Below, piece by piece: positions 15,890 through 30,600 of a DNA stretch of 64,000 bases. The stretch's first letter is position 1, and each line of letters begins with the position of its first letter. The notes below the pieces were generated by a model. That model saw only the letters and a program-made list of their open reading frames with translations. It was not told where the DNA came from and did no database searches. The stretch spans positions 43,338,001-43,402,000 of the forward strand of contig OZ024747.1 in assembly GCA_964016885.1 (NCBI GenBank), in the 5' to 3' direction. The DNA comes from Eledone cirrhosa. Taxonomy: Eukaryota. The position numbers and the translations under genes were made by a program.

Positions 15890-18800
15890 TTGTTAGTAAC
15901 TATCTTACACATAGAATCCAGCTGCTGTATTACAACTTATTTGTTAGTAACTATCTTACTCACAGAATCCAGCTGCTGTATTACATCTTATTTCTTAGTA
16001 ACTATCTTACTCACAGAATCCAGCTGCTGTATTACATCTTATTTGTTAGTAACTATCTTACTCACAGAATCCAGCTGCTGTACTACATCTTATTTGTTAG
16101 TAACTATCTTACTTATAGAATCCAGCTGCTGTATTACATCTTTTTTGTTAGTAACTATCCTACTCATAGAATCCAGCTACTGTATTACATCTTATTTGTT
16201 AGTAACTATCTTACTCATAGAATCCAGCTGCTGTATTACAACTTATTTGTTAGTAACTATCTTACACATAGAATCCAGCTGCTGTATTACATCTTATTTG
16301 TTAGTAACTATTTTACACCAGAATCCAGCTGCTGTATTACATCTTATTTGTTAGTAACTATCTTACTCATAGAATCCAGCTGCTGTATTAAATCTTATTT
16401 GTTAGTAACTATCTTACTCACAGAATCCAACTGCTGTATTACATCTTTTTTGTTAGTAACTATCCTACTCATAGAATCCAGCTACTGTATTACATCTTAT
16501 TTGTTAGTAAATATCTTACTCACAGAATCCAGCTGCTGTATTACATCTTATTTGTTAGTAACTATCTTATTCACAGAATCCAGCTGCTGTATTACATCTT
16601 ATTTGTTAGTAACTATCTTACTCACAGAATCCAGCTCTCTGTATTACATCTTATTTGTTAGTAACTATCTTACTCATAGAATCCAGCTGCTTTATTACAT
16701 CTTATTTGTTAGTAACTATCTTACTCACAGAATCCAGCTGCTGTATTACATCTTATTTGTTAGTAACTATCTTACTCACAGAATCCAGCTGCTGTATTAC
16801 ATCTTATTTGTTAGTAACTATCTTACTCATAGAATGCAGCTGCTGTATTACATCTTATTTGTTAGTAACTATCTTACTCACAGAATCCAGCTGCTGTATT
16901 ACATCTTATTTGTTAGTAACTATCTTACTCATAGAATCCAGCTGCTCTATTACATCTTATTTGTTAGTAACTATCTTACACCAGAATCCAGCTACTGTAT
17001 TACATCTTATTTGTTAGTAACTATCTTACTCACAGAATCCAGCTGTTGTATTACAAGTTATTTGTTAGTAAATATCTTACTCATAGAATCCAGCTGCTGT
17101 ATTACATCTTATTTGTTAGTAACTATCTTACTCATAGAATCCAGCTGCTGTATTACATCTTATTTGTTAGTAACTATCTTACTCACAGAATCCAGCTGCT
17201 GTATTACATCTTATTTGTTAGTAACTATCTTACTCATAGAATCCAGCTGCTCTATTACATCTTATTTGTTAGTAACTATCTTACACCAGAATCCAGCTGC
17301 TGTATTACATCTTATTTGTTAGTAACTATCTTACTCACAGAATCCAGCTGTTGTATTACAAGTTATTTGTTAGTAAATATCTTACTCATAGAATCCAGCT
17401 GCTGTATTACATCTTATTTGTTAGTAACTATCTTACTCATAGAATCCAGCTGCTGTATTACATCTTATTTGTTAGTAACTATCTTACTCACAGAATCCAG
17501 CTGCTGTATTACATCTTATTTGATAGTAACTATCTTACTCATAGAATCCAGCTGCTGTATTACATCTTATTTGTTAGTAACTATCTTACTCACAGAATCC
17601 AGCTGCTGTATTACATCTTATTTGATAGTAACTATCTTACTCACAGAATCCAGCTGCTGTATTACATCTTTTTTGTTAGTAACTATCCTACTCATAGAAT
17701 CCAGCTGCTGTATTACATCTTATTTGTTAGTAACTATCTTACTCATAGAATCCAGCTGCTCTATTACATCTTATTTGTTAGTAACTATCTTACACATAGA
17801 ACCCAGCTGCTGTATTACATCTTATTTGTTAGTAACTATCTTACTCACAGAATCCAGCTGCTGTATTACAACTTATTTGTTAGTAACTATCTTACACATA
17901 GAATCCAGCTGCTGTATTACATCTTATTTGTTAGTAACTATCTTACACCAGAATCCAGCTGCTGTATTACATCTTATTTGTTAGTAACTATCTTACTCAT
18001 AGAATCCAGCTGCTGTATTACATCTTATTTGTTAGTAACTATCTTACTCACAGACTCCAGCTGCTGTATTACATCTTATTTGTTAGTAACTATCTTACTC
18101 ACAGAATCCAGCTGCTGTATTACATCTTACTTGTTAGTAACTATCTTACTCATAGAATCCAGCTGCTGTATTACATCTTATTTGTTAGTAACTATCTTAC
18201 TTATAGAATCCAGCTGCTGTATTACATCTTATTTGTTCGTAACTATCTTACTCACAGAATCCAGCTGCTGTATTACATCTTATTTGTTAGTAACTATCTT
18301 ATTCATAGAATCCAGCTGCTGTATTACATCTTATTTGTTAGTAACTATCTTACTCACAGAATCCAGCTGCTGTATTACATCTTATTTGATAGTAACTATC
18401 TTACTCATAGAATCCAGCTACTGTATTACATCTTATTTGTTAGTAACTATCTTACTCACAGAATCCAGCTGCTGCATTACATCTTATTTGTTAGTAACTA
18501 TCTTACTCATAAAATCCAGCTGCTCTATTACATCTTATTTGTTAGTAACTATCTTACTTATAGAATCCAGCTGCTGTATTACATCTTATTTGTTAATAAC
18601 TATCTTACTCACACAATCCAGCTGCTGTATTACATCTTTTTTGTTAGTAACTATCTTACACATAGAATCCAGCTACTGTATTACATCTTATTTGTTAGTA
18701 ACTATCTTACTCACAGAATCCAGCTGCTGTATTACATCTTATTTGTTAGTAACTATCTTACTCACAGAATCCAGCTGCTGTATTACATCTTATTTGTTAG

Positions 18801-21800
18801 TAACTATCTTACTCACAGAATCCAGCTGCTGTATTACATCTTATTTGTTAGTAACTATCTTACTCACAGAATCCAGCTGCTGTATTACATCTTACTTGTT
18901 AGTAACTATCTTACTCATAGAATCCAGCTGCTGTATTACATCTTATTTGTTAGTAACTATCTTACTCACAGAATCCAGCTGCTGTATTACATCTTATTTG
19001 TTAGTAACTATCTTACTCATAGAATCCAGCTGCTGTATTCCATCTTTTTGTTAGTAACTATCTTACACATAGAATCCAGCTGCTGTATTACAACTTATTT
19101 GTTAGTAACTATCTTACTCACAGAATCCAGCTGCTGTATTACATCTTATTTCTTAGTAACTATCTTACTCACAGAATCCAGCTGCTGTATTACATCTTAT
19201 TTGTTAGTAACTATCTTACTCACAGAATCCAGCTGCTGTACTACATCTTATTTGTTAGTAACTATCTTACTTATAGAATCCAGCTGCTGTATTACATCTT
19301 TTTTGTTAGTAACTATCCTACTCATAGAATCCAGCTACTGTATTACATCTTATTTGTTAGTAACTATCTTACTCATAGAATCCAGCTGCTGTATTACAAC
19401 TTATTTGTTAGTAACTATCTTACACATAGAATCCAGCTGCTGTATTACATCTTATTTGTTAGTAACTATTTTACACCAGAATCCAGCTGCTGTATTACAT
19501 CTTATTTGTTAGTAACTATCTTACTCATAGAATCCAGCTGCTGTATTAAATCTTATTTGTTAGTAACTATCTTACTCACAGAATCCAACTGCTGTATTAC
19601 ATCTTTTTTGTTAGTAACTATCCTACTCATAGAATCCAGCTACTGTATTACATCTTATTTGTTAGTAAATATCTTACTCACAGAATCCAGCTGCTGTATT
19701 ACATCTTATTTGTTAGTAACTATCTTATTCACAGAATCCAGCTGCTGTATTACATCTTATTTGTTAGTAACTATCTTACTCACAGAATCCAGCTCTCTGT
19801 ATTACATCTTATTTGTTAGTAACTATCTTACTCATAGAATCCAGCTGCTTTATTACATCTTATTTGTTAGTAACTATCTTACTCACAGAATCCAGCTGCT
19901 GTATTACATCTTATTTGTTAGTAACTATCTTACTCACAGAATCCAGCTGCTGTATTACATCTTATTTGTTAGTAACTATCTTACTCATAGAATGCAGCTG
20001 CTGTATTACATCTTATTTGTTAGTAACTATCTTACTCACAGAATCCAGCTGCTGTATTACATCTTATTTGTTAGTAACTATCTTACTCATAGAATCCAGC
20101 TGCTCTATTACATCTTATTTGTTAGTAACTATCTTACACCAGAATCCAGCTACTGTATTACATCTTATTTGTTAGTAACTATCTTACTCACAGAATCCAG
20201 CTGTTGTATTACAAGTTATTTGTTAGTAAATATCTTACTCATAGAATCCAGCTGCTGTATTACATCTTATTTGTTAGTAACTATCTTACTCATAGAATCC
20301 AGCTGCTGTATTACATCTTATTTGTTAGTAACTATCTTACTCACAGAATCCAGCTGCTGTATTACATCTTATTTGTTAGTAACTATCTTACTCATAGAAT
20401 CCAGCTGCTCTATTACATCTTATTTGTTAGTAACTATCTTACACCAGAATCCAGCTGCTGTATTACATCTTATTTGTTAGTAACTATCTTACTCACAGAA
20501 TCCAGCTGTTGTATTACAAGTTATTTGTTAGTAAATATCTTACTCATAGAATCCAGCTGCTGTATTACATCTTATTTGTTAGTAACTATCTTACTCATAG
20601 AATCCAGCTGCTGTATTACATCTTATTTGTTAGTAACTATCTTACTCACAGAATCCAGCTGCTGTATTACATCTTATTTGATAGTAACTATCTTACTCAT
20701 AGAATCCAGCTGCTGTATTACATCTTATTTGTTAGTAACTATCTTACTCACAGAATCCAGCTGCTGTATTACATCTTATTTGATAGTAACTATCTTACTC
20801 ACAGAATCCAGCTGCTGTATTACATCTTTTTTGTTAGTAACTATCCTACTCATAGAATCCAGCTGCTGTATTACATCTTATTTGTTAGTAACTATCTTAC
20901 TCATAGAATCCAGCTGCTCTATTACATCTTATTTGTTAGTAACTATCTTACACATAGAACCCAGCTGCTGTATTACATCTTATTTGTTAGTAACTATCTT
21001 ACTCACAGAATCCAGCTGCTGTATTACAACTTATTTGTTAGTAACTATCTTACACATAGAATCCAGCTGCTGTATTACATCTTATTTGTTAGTAACTATC
21101 TTACACCAGAATCCAGCTGCTGTATTACATCTTATTTGTTAGTAACTATCTTACTCATAGAATCCAGCTGCTGTATTACATCTTATTTGTTAGTAACTAT
21201 CTTACTCACAGACTCCAGCTGCTGTATTACATCTTATTTGTTAGTAACTATCTTACTCACAGAATCCAGCTGCTGTATTACATCTTACTTGTTAGTAACT
21301 ATCTTACTCATAGAATCCAGCTGCTGTATTACATCTTATTTGTTAGTAACTATCTTACTTATAGAATCCAGCTGCTGTATTACATCTTATTTGTTCGTAA
21401 CTATCTTACTCACAGAATCCAGCTGCTGTATTACATCTTATTTGTTAGTAACTATCTTATTCATAGAATCCAGCTGCTGTATTACATCTTATTTGTTAGT
21501 AACTATCTTACTCACAGAATCCAGCTGCTGTATTACATCTTATTTGATAGTAACTATCTTACTCATAGAATCCAGCTACTGTATTACATCTTATTTGTTA
21601 GTAACTATCTTACTCACAGAATCCAGCTGCTGCATTACATCTTATTTGTTAGTAACTATCTTACTCATAAAATCCAGCTGCTCTATTACATCTTATTTGT
21701 TAGTAACTATCTTACTTATAGAATCCAGCTGCTGTATTACATCTTATTTGTTAATAACTATCTTACTCACACAATCCAGCTGCTGTATTACATCTTTTTT

Positions 21801-22205
21801 GTTAGTAACTATCTTACACATAGAATCCAGCTACTGTATTACATCTTATTTGTTAGTAACTATCTTACTCACAGAATCCAGCTGCTGTATTACATCTTAT
21901 TTGTTAGTAACTATCTTACTCACAGAATCCAGCTGCTGTATTACATCTTATTTGTTAGTAACTATCTTACTCACAGAATCCAGCTGCTGTATTACATCTT
22001 ATTTGTTAGTAACTATCTTACTCACAGAATCCAGCTGCTGTATTACATCTTACTTGTTAGTAACTATCTTACTCATAGAATCCAGCTGCTGTATTACATC
22101 TTATTTGTTAGTAACTATCTTACTCACAGAATCCAGCTGCTGTATTACATCTTATTTGTTAGTAACTATCTTACTCATAGAATCCAGCTGCTGTATTCCA
22201 TCTTT
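15890..22205. repeat. Tandem duplication of a 3158-bp (62-monomer) block in satellite 1
   Basis: Identical translations at 16348/19506, 16655/19813, 17046/20204 and 17351/20509. The private variant TTTCTTAGTA is at 15991 and 19149. Confidence 0.92.
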
Positions 22206-24649
22206 TTGTTAGTAACTATCTTACTTACTGAATCCAGCTGCTGTATTACATCTTTTTTGTTAGTAACTATCCTACTCATAGAATCCAGCTACTGTATTAC
22301 ATCTTATTTGTTAGTAACTATCTTACTCATAGAATCCAGCTGCTGTATTACAACTTATTTGTTAGTAACTATCTTACACATAGAATCCAGCTGCTGTATT
22401 ACAACTTATTTGTTAGTAACTATCTTACTTATAGAATCCAGCTGCTGTATTACATCTTATTTGTTAGTAACTATCTTACACATAGAATCCAGCTGCTGTA
22501 TTACATCTTATTTGTTAGTAACTATCTTACACATAGAATCCAGCTGCTGTATTACATCTTATTTGTTAGTAACTATCTTACACATAGAATCCAGCTGCTG
22601 TATTACAACTTACTTGTTAGTAACTATCTTACTCATAGAATCCAGCTGCTGTATTACATCTTATTTGTTAGTAACTATCTTACTCACAGAATCCAGCTGC
22701 TGTATTACATCTTATTTGTTAGTAACTATCTTACATCAGAATCCAGCTGCTGTATTACATCTTATTTGTTAGTAACTATCTTACACATAGAATCCAGCTG
22801 CTGTATTAAATCTTATTTGTTAGTAACTATCTTACTCGCAGTATCCAACTGCTGTATTACATCTTTTTTGTTAGTAACTATCCTACTCATAGAATCCAGC
22901 TACCGTATTACATCTTATTTGTTAGTAACTATCTTACTCACAGAATCCAGCTGCTGTATTACATCTTATTTGTTAGTAACTATCTTACTCACAGAATCCA
23001 ACTGCTGTATTACATCTTATTTGTTAGTAACTATCTTACTCACAGAATCCTGCTGCTGTATTACATCTTATTTGTTAGTTACTATCTTACACCAGAATCC
23101 AGCTGCTGTATTACATCTTATTTGTTAGTAACTATCTTACTCATAGAATCCAGCTGCTGTATTAAATCTTATTTGTTAGTAACTATCTTACTCACAGAAT
23201 CCAACTGCTGTATTACATCTTTTTTTTGTAACTATCCTACTCATAGAATCCAGCTACTGTATTACATCTTATTTGTTAGTAAATATCTTACTCACAGAAT
23301 CCAGCTGCTGTATTACATCTTATTTGTTAGTAACTATCTTACACATAGAATCCAGCTGCTGTATTACATCTTATTTGTTAGTAACTATCTTACTCACAGA
23401 ATCCAGCTGCTGTATTACATCTTATTTGTTAGTAACTATCTTACTCACAGAATCCAGCTGCTGTATTACATCTTATTTGTTAGTAACTATCTTACTCACA
23501 GAATCCAGCTGCTGTACTACATCTTATCTGTTAGTAACTATCTTACTCACAGAATCCAGCTGCTGTAATACATCTTATTTGTTAGTAACTATCTTACTCA
23601 CAGAATCCAGCTCTCTGTATTACATCTTATTTGTTAGTAACTATCTTACTCATAGAATCCAGCTGCTGTATTACATCTTATTTGTTAGTAACTATCTTAC
23701 TCACAGAATCCAGCTGCTGTATTACATCTTATTTGTTAGTAACTATCTTACTCACAGAATCCAGCTGCTGTATTACATCTTATTTGTTAGTAACTATCTT
23801 ACTCACAGAATCCAGCTGCTGTATTACATCTTACTTGTTAGTAACTATCTTACTCATAGAATCCAGCTGCTGTATTACATCTTATTTGTTTGTAACTATC
23901 TTCCTTATAGAATCCAGCTGCTGTATTACATCTTATTTGTTAGTAACTATCTTACTCACAGAATCCAGCTGCTGTATTACATCTTATTTGTTAGTAACTA
24001 TCTTACTCATAGAATCCAGCTGCTGTATTCCATCTTTTTGTTAGTAACTATCTTACTTACAGAATCCAGCTGCTGTATTACATCTTTTTTGTTAGTAACT
24101 ATCCTACTCATAGAATCCAGCTACTGTATTACATCTTATTTGTTAGTAACTATCTTACTCATAGAATCCAGCTGCTGTATTACAACTTATTTGTTAGTAA
24201 CTATCTTACACATCGAATCCAGCTGCTGTATTCCATCTCATTTGTTAGTAACTATCTTACACATAGAATCCAGCTGCTGTATTACAACTTATTTGTTAGT
24301 AACTATCTTACACATAGAATCCAGCTGCTGTATTACATCTTATTTGTTAGTAACTATATTACACATAGAATCCAGCTGCTGTATTACAACTTACTTGTTA
24401 GTAAGTATCTTACTCATAGAATCCAGCTGCTGTATTACATCTTATTTGTTAGTAACTATCTTACTCACAGAATCCAGCTGCTGTATTACATCTTATTTGT
24501 TAGTAACTATCTTACTCACAGAATCCAGCTGCTGTATTACATCTTATTTGTTAGTAACTATCTTACTCACAGAATCCAGCTGCTGTATTACATCTTACTT
24601 GTTAGTAACTATCTTACTCATAGAATCCAGCTGCTGTATTACATCTTAT

Positions 24650-27600
24650 TTGTTAGTAACTATCTTACTCACAGAATCCAGCTGCTGTATTACATCTTAT
24701 TTGTTAGTAACTATCTTACTCATAGAATCCAGCTGCTGTATTCCATCTTTTTGTTAGTAACTATCTTACTTACTGAATCCAGCTGCTGTATTACATCTTT
24801 TTTGTTAGTAACTATCCTACTCATAGAATCCAGCTACTGTATTACATCTTATTTGTTAGTAACTATCTTACTCATAGAATCCAGCTGCTGTATTACAACT
24901 TATTTGTTAGTAACTATCTTACACATAGAATCCAGCTGCTGTATTACAACTTATTTGTTAGTAACTATCTTACTTATAGAATCCAGCTGCTGTATTACAT
25001 CTTATTTGTTAGTAACTATCTTACACATAGAATCCAGCTGCTGTATTACATCTTATTTGTTAGTAACTATCTTACACATAGAATCCAGCTGCTGTATTAC
25101 ATCTTATTTGTTAGTAACTATCTTACACATAGAATCCAGCTGCTGTATTACAACTTACTTGTTAGTAACTATCTTACTCATAGAATCCAGCTGCTGTATT
25201 ACATCTTATTTGTTAGTAACTATCTTACTCACAGAATCCAGCTGCTGTATTACATCTTATTTGTTAGTAACTATCTTACATCAGAATCCAGCTGCTGTAT
25301 TACATCTTATTTGTTAGTAACTATCTTACACATAGAATCCAGCTGCTGTATTAAATCTTATTTGTTAGTAACTATCTTACTCGCAGTATCCAACTGCTGT
25401 ATTACATCTTTTTTGTTAGTAACTATCCTACTCATAGAATCCAGCTACCGTATTACATCTTATTTGTTAGTAACTATCTTACTCACAGAATCCAGCTGCT
25501 GTATTACATCTTATTTGTTAGTAACTATCTTACTCACAGAATCCAACTGCTGTATTACATCTTATTTGTTAGTAACTATCTTACTCACAGAATCCTGCTG
25601 CTGTATTACATCTTATTTGTTAGTTACTATCTTACACCAGAATCCAGCTGCTGTATTACATCTTATTTGTTAGTAACTATCTTACTCATAGAATCCAGCA
25701 GCTGTATTAAATCTTATTTGTTAGTAACTATCTTACTCACAGAATCCAACTGCTGTATTACATCTTTTTTTTAGTAACTATCCTACTCATAGAATCCAGC
25801 TACTGTATTACATCTTATTTGTTAGTAAATATCTTACTCACAGAATCCAGCTGCTGTATTACATCTTATTTGTTAGTAACTATCTTACACATAGAATCCA
25901 GCTGCTGTATTACATCTTATTTGTTAGTAACTATCTTACTCACAGAATCCAGCTGCTGTATTACATCTTATTTGTTAGTAACTATCTTACTCACAGAATC
26001 CAGCTGCTGTATTACATCTTATTTGTTAGTAACTATCTTACTCACAGAATCCAGCTGCTGTACTACATCTTATCTGTTAGTAACTATCTTACTCACAGAA
26101 TCCAGCTGCTGTAATACATCTTATTTGTTAGTAACTATCTTACTCACAGAATCCAGCTCTCTGTATTACATCTTATTTGTTAGTAACTATCTTACTCATA
26201 GAATCCAGCTGCTGTATTACATCTTATTTGTTAGTAACTATCTTACTCACAGAATCCAGCTGCTGTATTACATCTTATTTGTTAGTAACTATCTTACTCA
26301 CAGAATCCAGCTGCTGTATTACATCTTATTTGTTAGTAACTATCTTACTCACAGAATCCAGCTGCTGTATTACATCTTACTTGTTAGTAACTATCTTACT
26401 CATAGAATCCAGCTGCTGTATTACATCTTATTTGTTTGTAACTATCTTCCTTATAGAATCCAGCTGCTGTATTACATCTTATTTGTTAGTAACTATCTTA
26501 CTCACAGAATCCAGCTGCTGTATTACATCTTATTTGTTAGTAACTATCTTACTCATAGAATCCAGCTGCTGTATTCCATCTTTTTGTTAGTAACTATCTT
26601 ACTTACAGAATCCAGCTGCTGTATTACATCTTTTTTGTTAGTAACTATCCTACTCATAGAATCCAGCTACTGTATTACATCTTATTTGTTAGTAACTATC
26701 TTACTCATAGAATCCAGCTGCTGTATTACAACTTATTTGTTAGTAACTATCTTACACATCGAATCCAGCTGCTGTATTCCATCTTATTTGTTAGTAACTA
26801 TCTTACACATAGAATCCAGCTGCTGTATTACAACTTATTTGTTAGTAACTATCTTACACATAGAATCCAGCTGCTGTATTACATCTTATTTGTTAGTAAC
26901 TATATTACACATAGAATCCAGCTGCTGTATTACAACTTACTTGTTAGTAACTATCTTACTCATAGAATCCAGCTGCTGTATTACATCTTATTTGTTAGTA
27001 ACTATCTTACTCACAGAATCCAGCTGCTGTATTACATCTTATTTGTTAGTAACTATCTTACATCAGAATCCAGCTGCTGTATTACATCTTATTTGTTAGT
27101 AACTATCTTACACATAGAATCCAGCTGCTGTATTAAATCTTATTTGTTAGTAACTATCTTACTCGCAGTATCCAACTGCTGTATTACATCTTTTTTGTTA
27201 GTAACTATCCTACTCATAGAATCCAGCTACCGTATTACATCTTATTTGTTAGTAACTATCTTACTCACAGAATCCAGCTGCTGTATTACATCTTATTTGT
27301 TAGTAACTATCTTACTCACAGAATCCAACTGCTGTATTACATCTTATTTGTTAGTAACTATCTTACTCACAGAATCCTGCTGCTGTATTACATCTTATTT
27401 GTTAGTTACTATCTTACACCAGAATCCAGCTGCTGTATTACATCTTATTTGTTAGTAACTATCTTACTCATAGAATCCAGCTGCTGTATTACAACTTATT
27501 TGTTAGTAACTATCTTACTCACAGAATCCAACTGCTCTATTACATCTTTTTTTTAGTAACTATCCTACTCATAGAATCCAGCTACTGTATTACATCTTAT

Positions 27601-30600
27601 TTGTTAGTAAATATCTTACTCACAGAATCCAGCTGCTGTATTACATCTTATTTGTTAGTAACTATCTTACACATAGAATCCAGCTGCTGTATTACATCTT
27701 ATTTGTTAGTAACTATCTTACTCACAGAATCCAGCTGCTGTATTACATCTTATTTGTTAGTAACTATCTTACTCACAGAATCCAGCTGCTGTATTACATC
27801 TTATTTGTTAGTAACTATCTTACTCACAGAATCCAGCTGCTGTACTACATCTTATCTGTTAGTAACTATCTTACTCACAGAATCCAGCTGCTGTAATACA
27901 TCTTATTTGTTAGTAACTATCTTACTCACAGAATCCAGCTCTCTGTATTACATCTTATTTGTTAGTAACTATCTTACTCATAGAATCCAGCTGCTGTATT
28001 ACATCTTATTTGTTAGTAACTATCTTACTCACAGAATCCAGCTGCTGTATTACATCTTATTTGTTAGTAACTATCTTACTCACAGAATCCAGCTGCTGTA
28101 TTACATCTTATTTGTTAGTAACTATCTTACTCACAGAATCCAGCTGCTGTATTACATCTTACTTGTTAGTAACTATCTTACTCATAGAATCCAGCTGCTG
28201 TATTACATCTTATTTGTTTGTAACTATCTTCCTTATAGAATCCAGCTGCTGTATTACATCTTATTTGTTAGTAACTATCTTACTCACAGAATCCAGCTGC
28301 TGTATTACATCTTATTTGTTAGTAACTATCTTACTCATAGAATCCAGCTGCTGTATTCCATCTTTTTGTTAGTAACTATCTTACTTACAGAATCCAGCTG
28401 CTGTATTACATCTTTTTTGTTAGTAACTATCCTACTCATAGAATCCAGCTACTGTATTACATCTTATTTGTTAGTAACTATCTTACTCATAGAATCCAGC
28501 TGCTGTATTACAACTTATTTGTTAGTAACTATCTTACACATCGAATCCAGCTGCTGTATTCCATCTTATTTGTTAGTAACTATCTTACACATAGAATCCA
28601 GCTGCTGTATTACAACTTATTTGTTAGTAACTATCTTACACATAGAATCCAGCTGCTGTATTACATCTTATTTGTTAGTAACTATATTACACATAGAATC
28701 CAGCTGCTGTATTACAACTTACTTGTTAGTAACTATCTTACACATAGAATCCAGCTGCTGTATTACAACTTACTTGTTAGTAACTATCTTACTCATAGAA
28801 TCCAGCTGCTGTATTACATCTTATTTGTTAGTAACTATCTTACTCACAGAATCCAGCTGCTGTATTACATCTTATTTGTTAGTAACTATCTTACATCAGA
28901 ATCCAGCTGCTGTATTACATCTTATTTGTTAGTAACTATCTTACACATAGAATCCAGCTGCTGTATTAAATCTTATTTGTTAGTAACTATCTTACTCGCA
29001 GTATCCAACTGCTGTATTACATCTTTTTTGTTAGTAACTATCCTACTCATAGAATCCAGCTACCGTATTACATCTTATTTGTTAGTAACAATCTTACTCA
29101 CAGAATCCAGCTGCTGTATTACATCTTATTTGTTAGTAACTATCTTACTCACAGAATCCAACTGCTGTATTACATCTTATTTGTTAGTAACTATCTTACT
29201 CACAGAATCCTGCTGCTGTATTACATCTTATTTGTTAGTTACTATCTTACACCAGAATCCAGCTGCTGTATTACATCTTATTTGTTAGTAACTATCTTAC
29301 TCATAGAATCCAGCTGCTGTATTAAATCTTATTTGTTAGTAACTATCTTACTCACAGAATCCAACTGCTGTATTACATCTTTTTTTTAGTAACTATCCTA
29401 CTCATAGAATCCAGCTACTGTATTACATCTTATTTGTTAGTAAATATCTTACTCACAGAATCCAGCTGCTGTATTACATCTTATTTGTTAGTAACTATCT
29501 TACACATAGAATCCAGCTGCTGTATTACATCTTATTTGTTAGTAACTATCTTACTCACAGAATCCAGCTGCTGTATTACATCTTATTTGTTAGTAACTAT
29601 CTTACTCACAGAATCCAGCTGCTGTATTACATCTTATTTGTTAGTAACTATCTTACTCACAGAATCCAGCTGCTGTACTACATCTTATCTGTTAGTAACT
29701 ATCTTACTCACAGAATCCAGCTGCTGTAATACATCTTATTTGTTAGTAACTATCTTACTCACAGAATCCAGCTCTCTGTATTACATCTTATTTGTTAGTA
29801 ACTATCTTACTCATAGAATCCAGCTGCTGTATTACATCTTATTTGTTAGTAACTATCTTACTCACAGAATCCAGCTGCTGTATTACATCTTATTTGTTAG
29901 TAACTATCTTACTCATAGAATCCAGCTGCTGTATTCCATCTTTTTGTTAGTAACTATCTTACTTACTGAATCCAGCTGCTGTATTACATCTTTTTTGTTA
30001 GTAACTATCCTACTCATAGAATCCAGCTACTGTATTACATCTTATTTGTTAGTAACTATCTTACTCATAGAATCCAGCTGCTGTATTACAACTTATTTGT
30101 TAGTAACTATCTTACACATAGAATCCAGCTGCTGTATTACAACTTATTTGTTAGTAACTATCTTACTTATAGAATCCAGCTGCTGTATTACATCTTATTT
30201 GTTAGTAACTATCTTACACATAGAATCCAGCTGCTGTATTACATCTTATTTGTTAGTAACTATCTTACACATAGAATCCAGCTGCTGTATTACATCTTAT
30301 TTGTTAGTAACTATCTTACACATAGAATCCAGCTGCTGTATTACAACTTACTTGTTAGTAACTATCTTACTCATAGAATCCAGCTGCTGTATTACATCTT
30401 ATTTGTTAGTAACTATCTTACTCACAGAATCCAGCTGCTGTATTACATCTTATTTGTTAGTAACTATCTTACATCAGAATCCAGCTGCTGTATTACATCT
30501 TATTTGTTAGTAACTATCTTACACATAGAATCCAGCTGCTGTATTAAATCTTATTTGTTAGTAACTATCTTACTCGCAGTATCCAACTGCTGTATTACAT

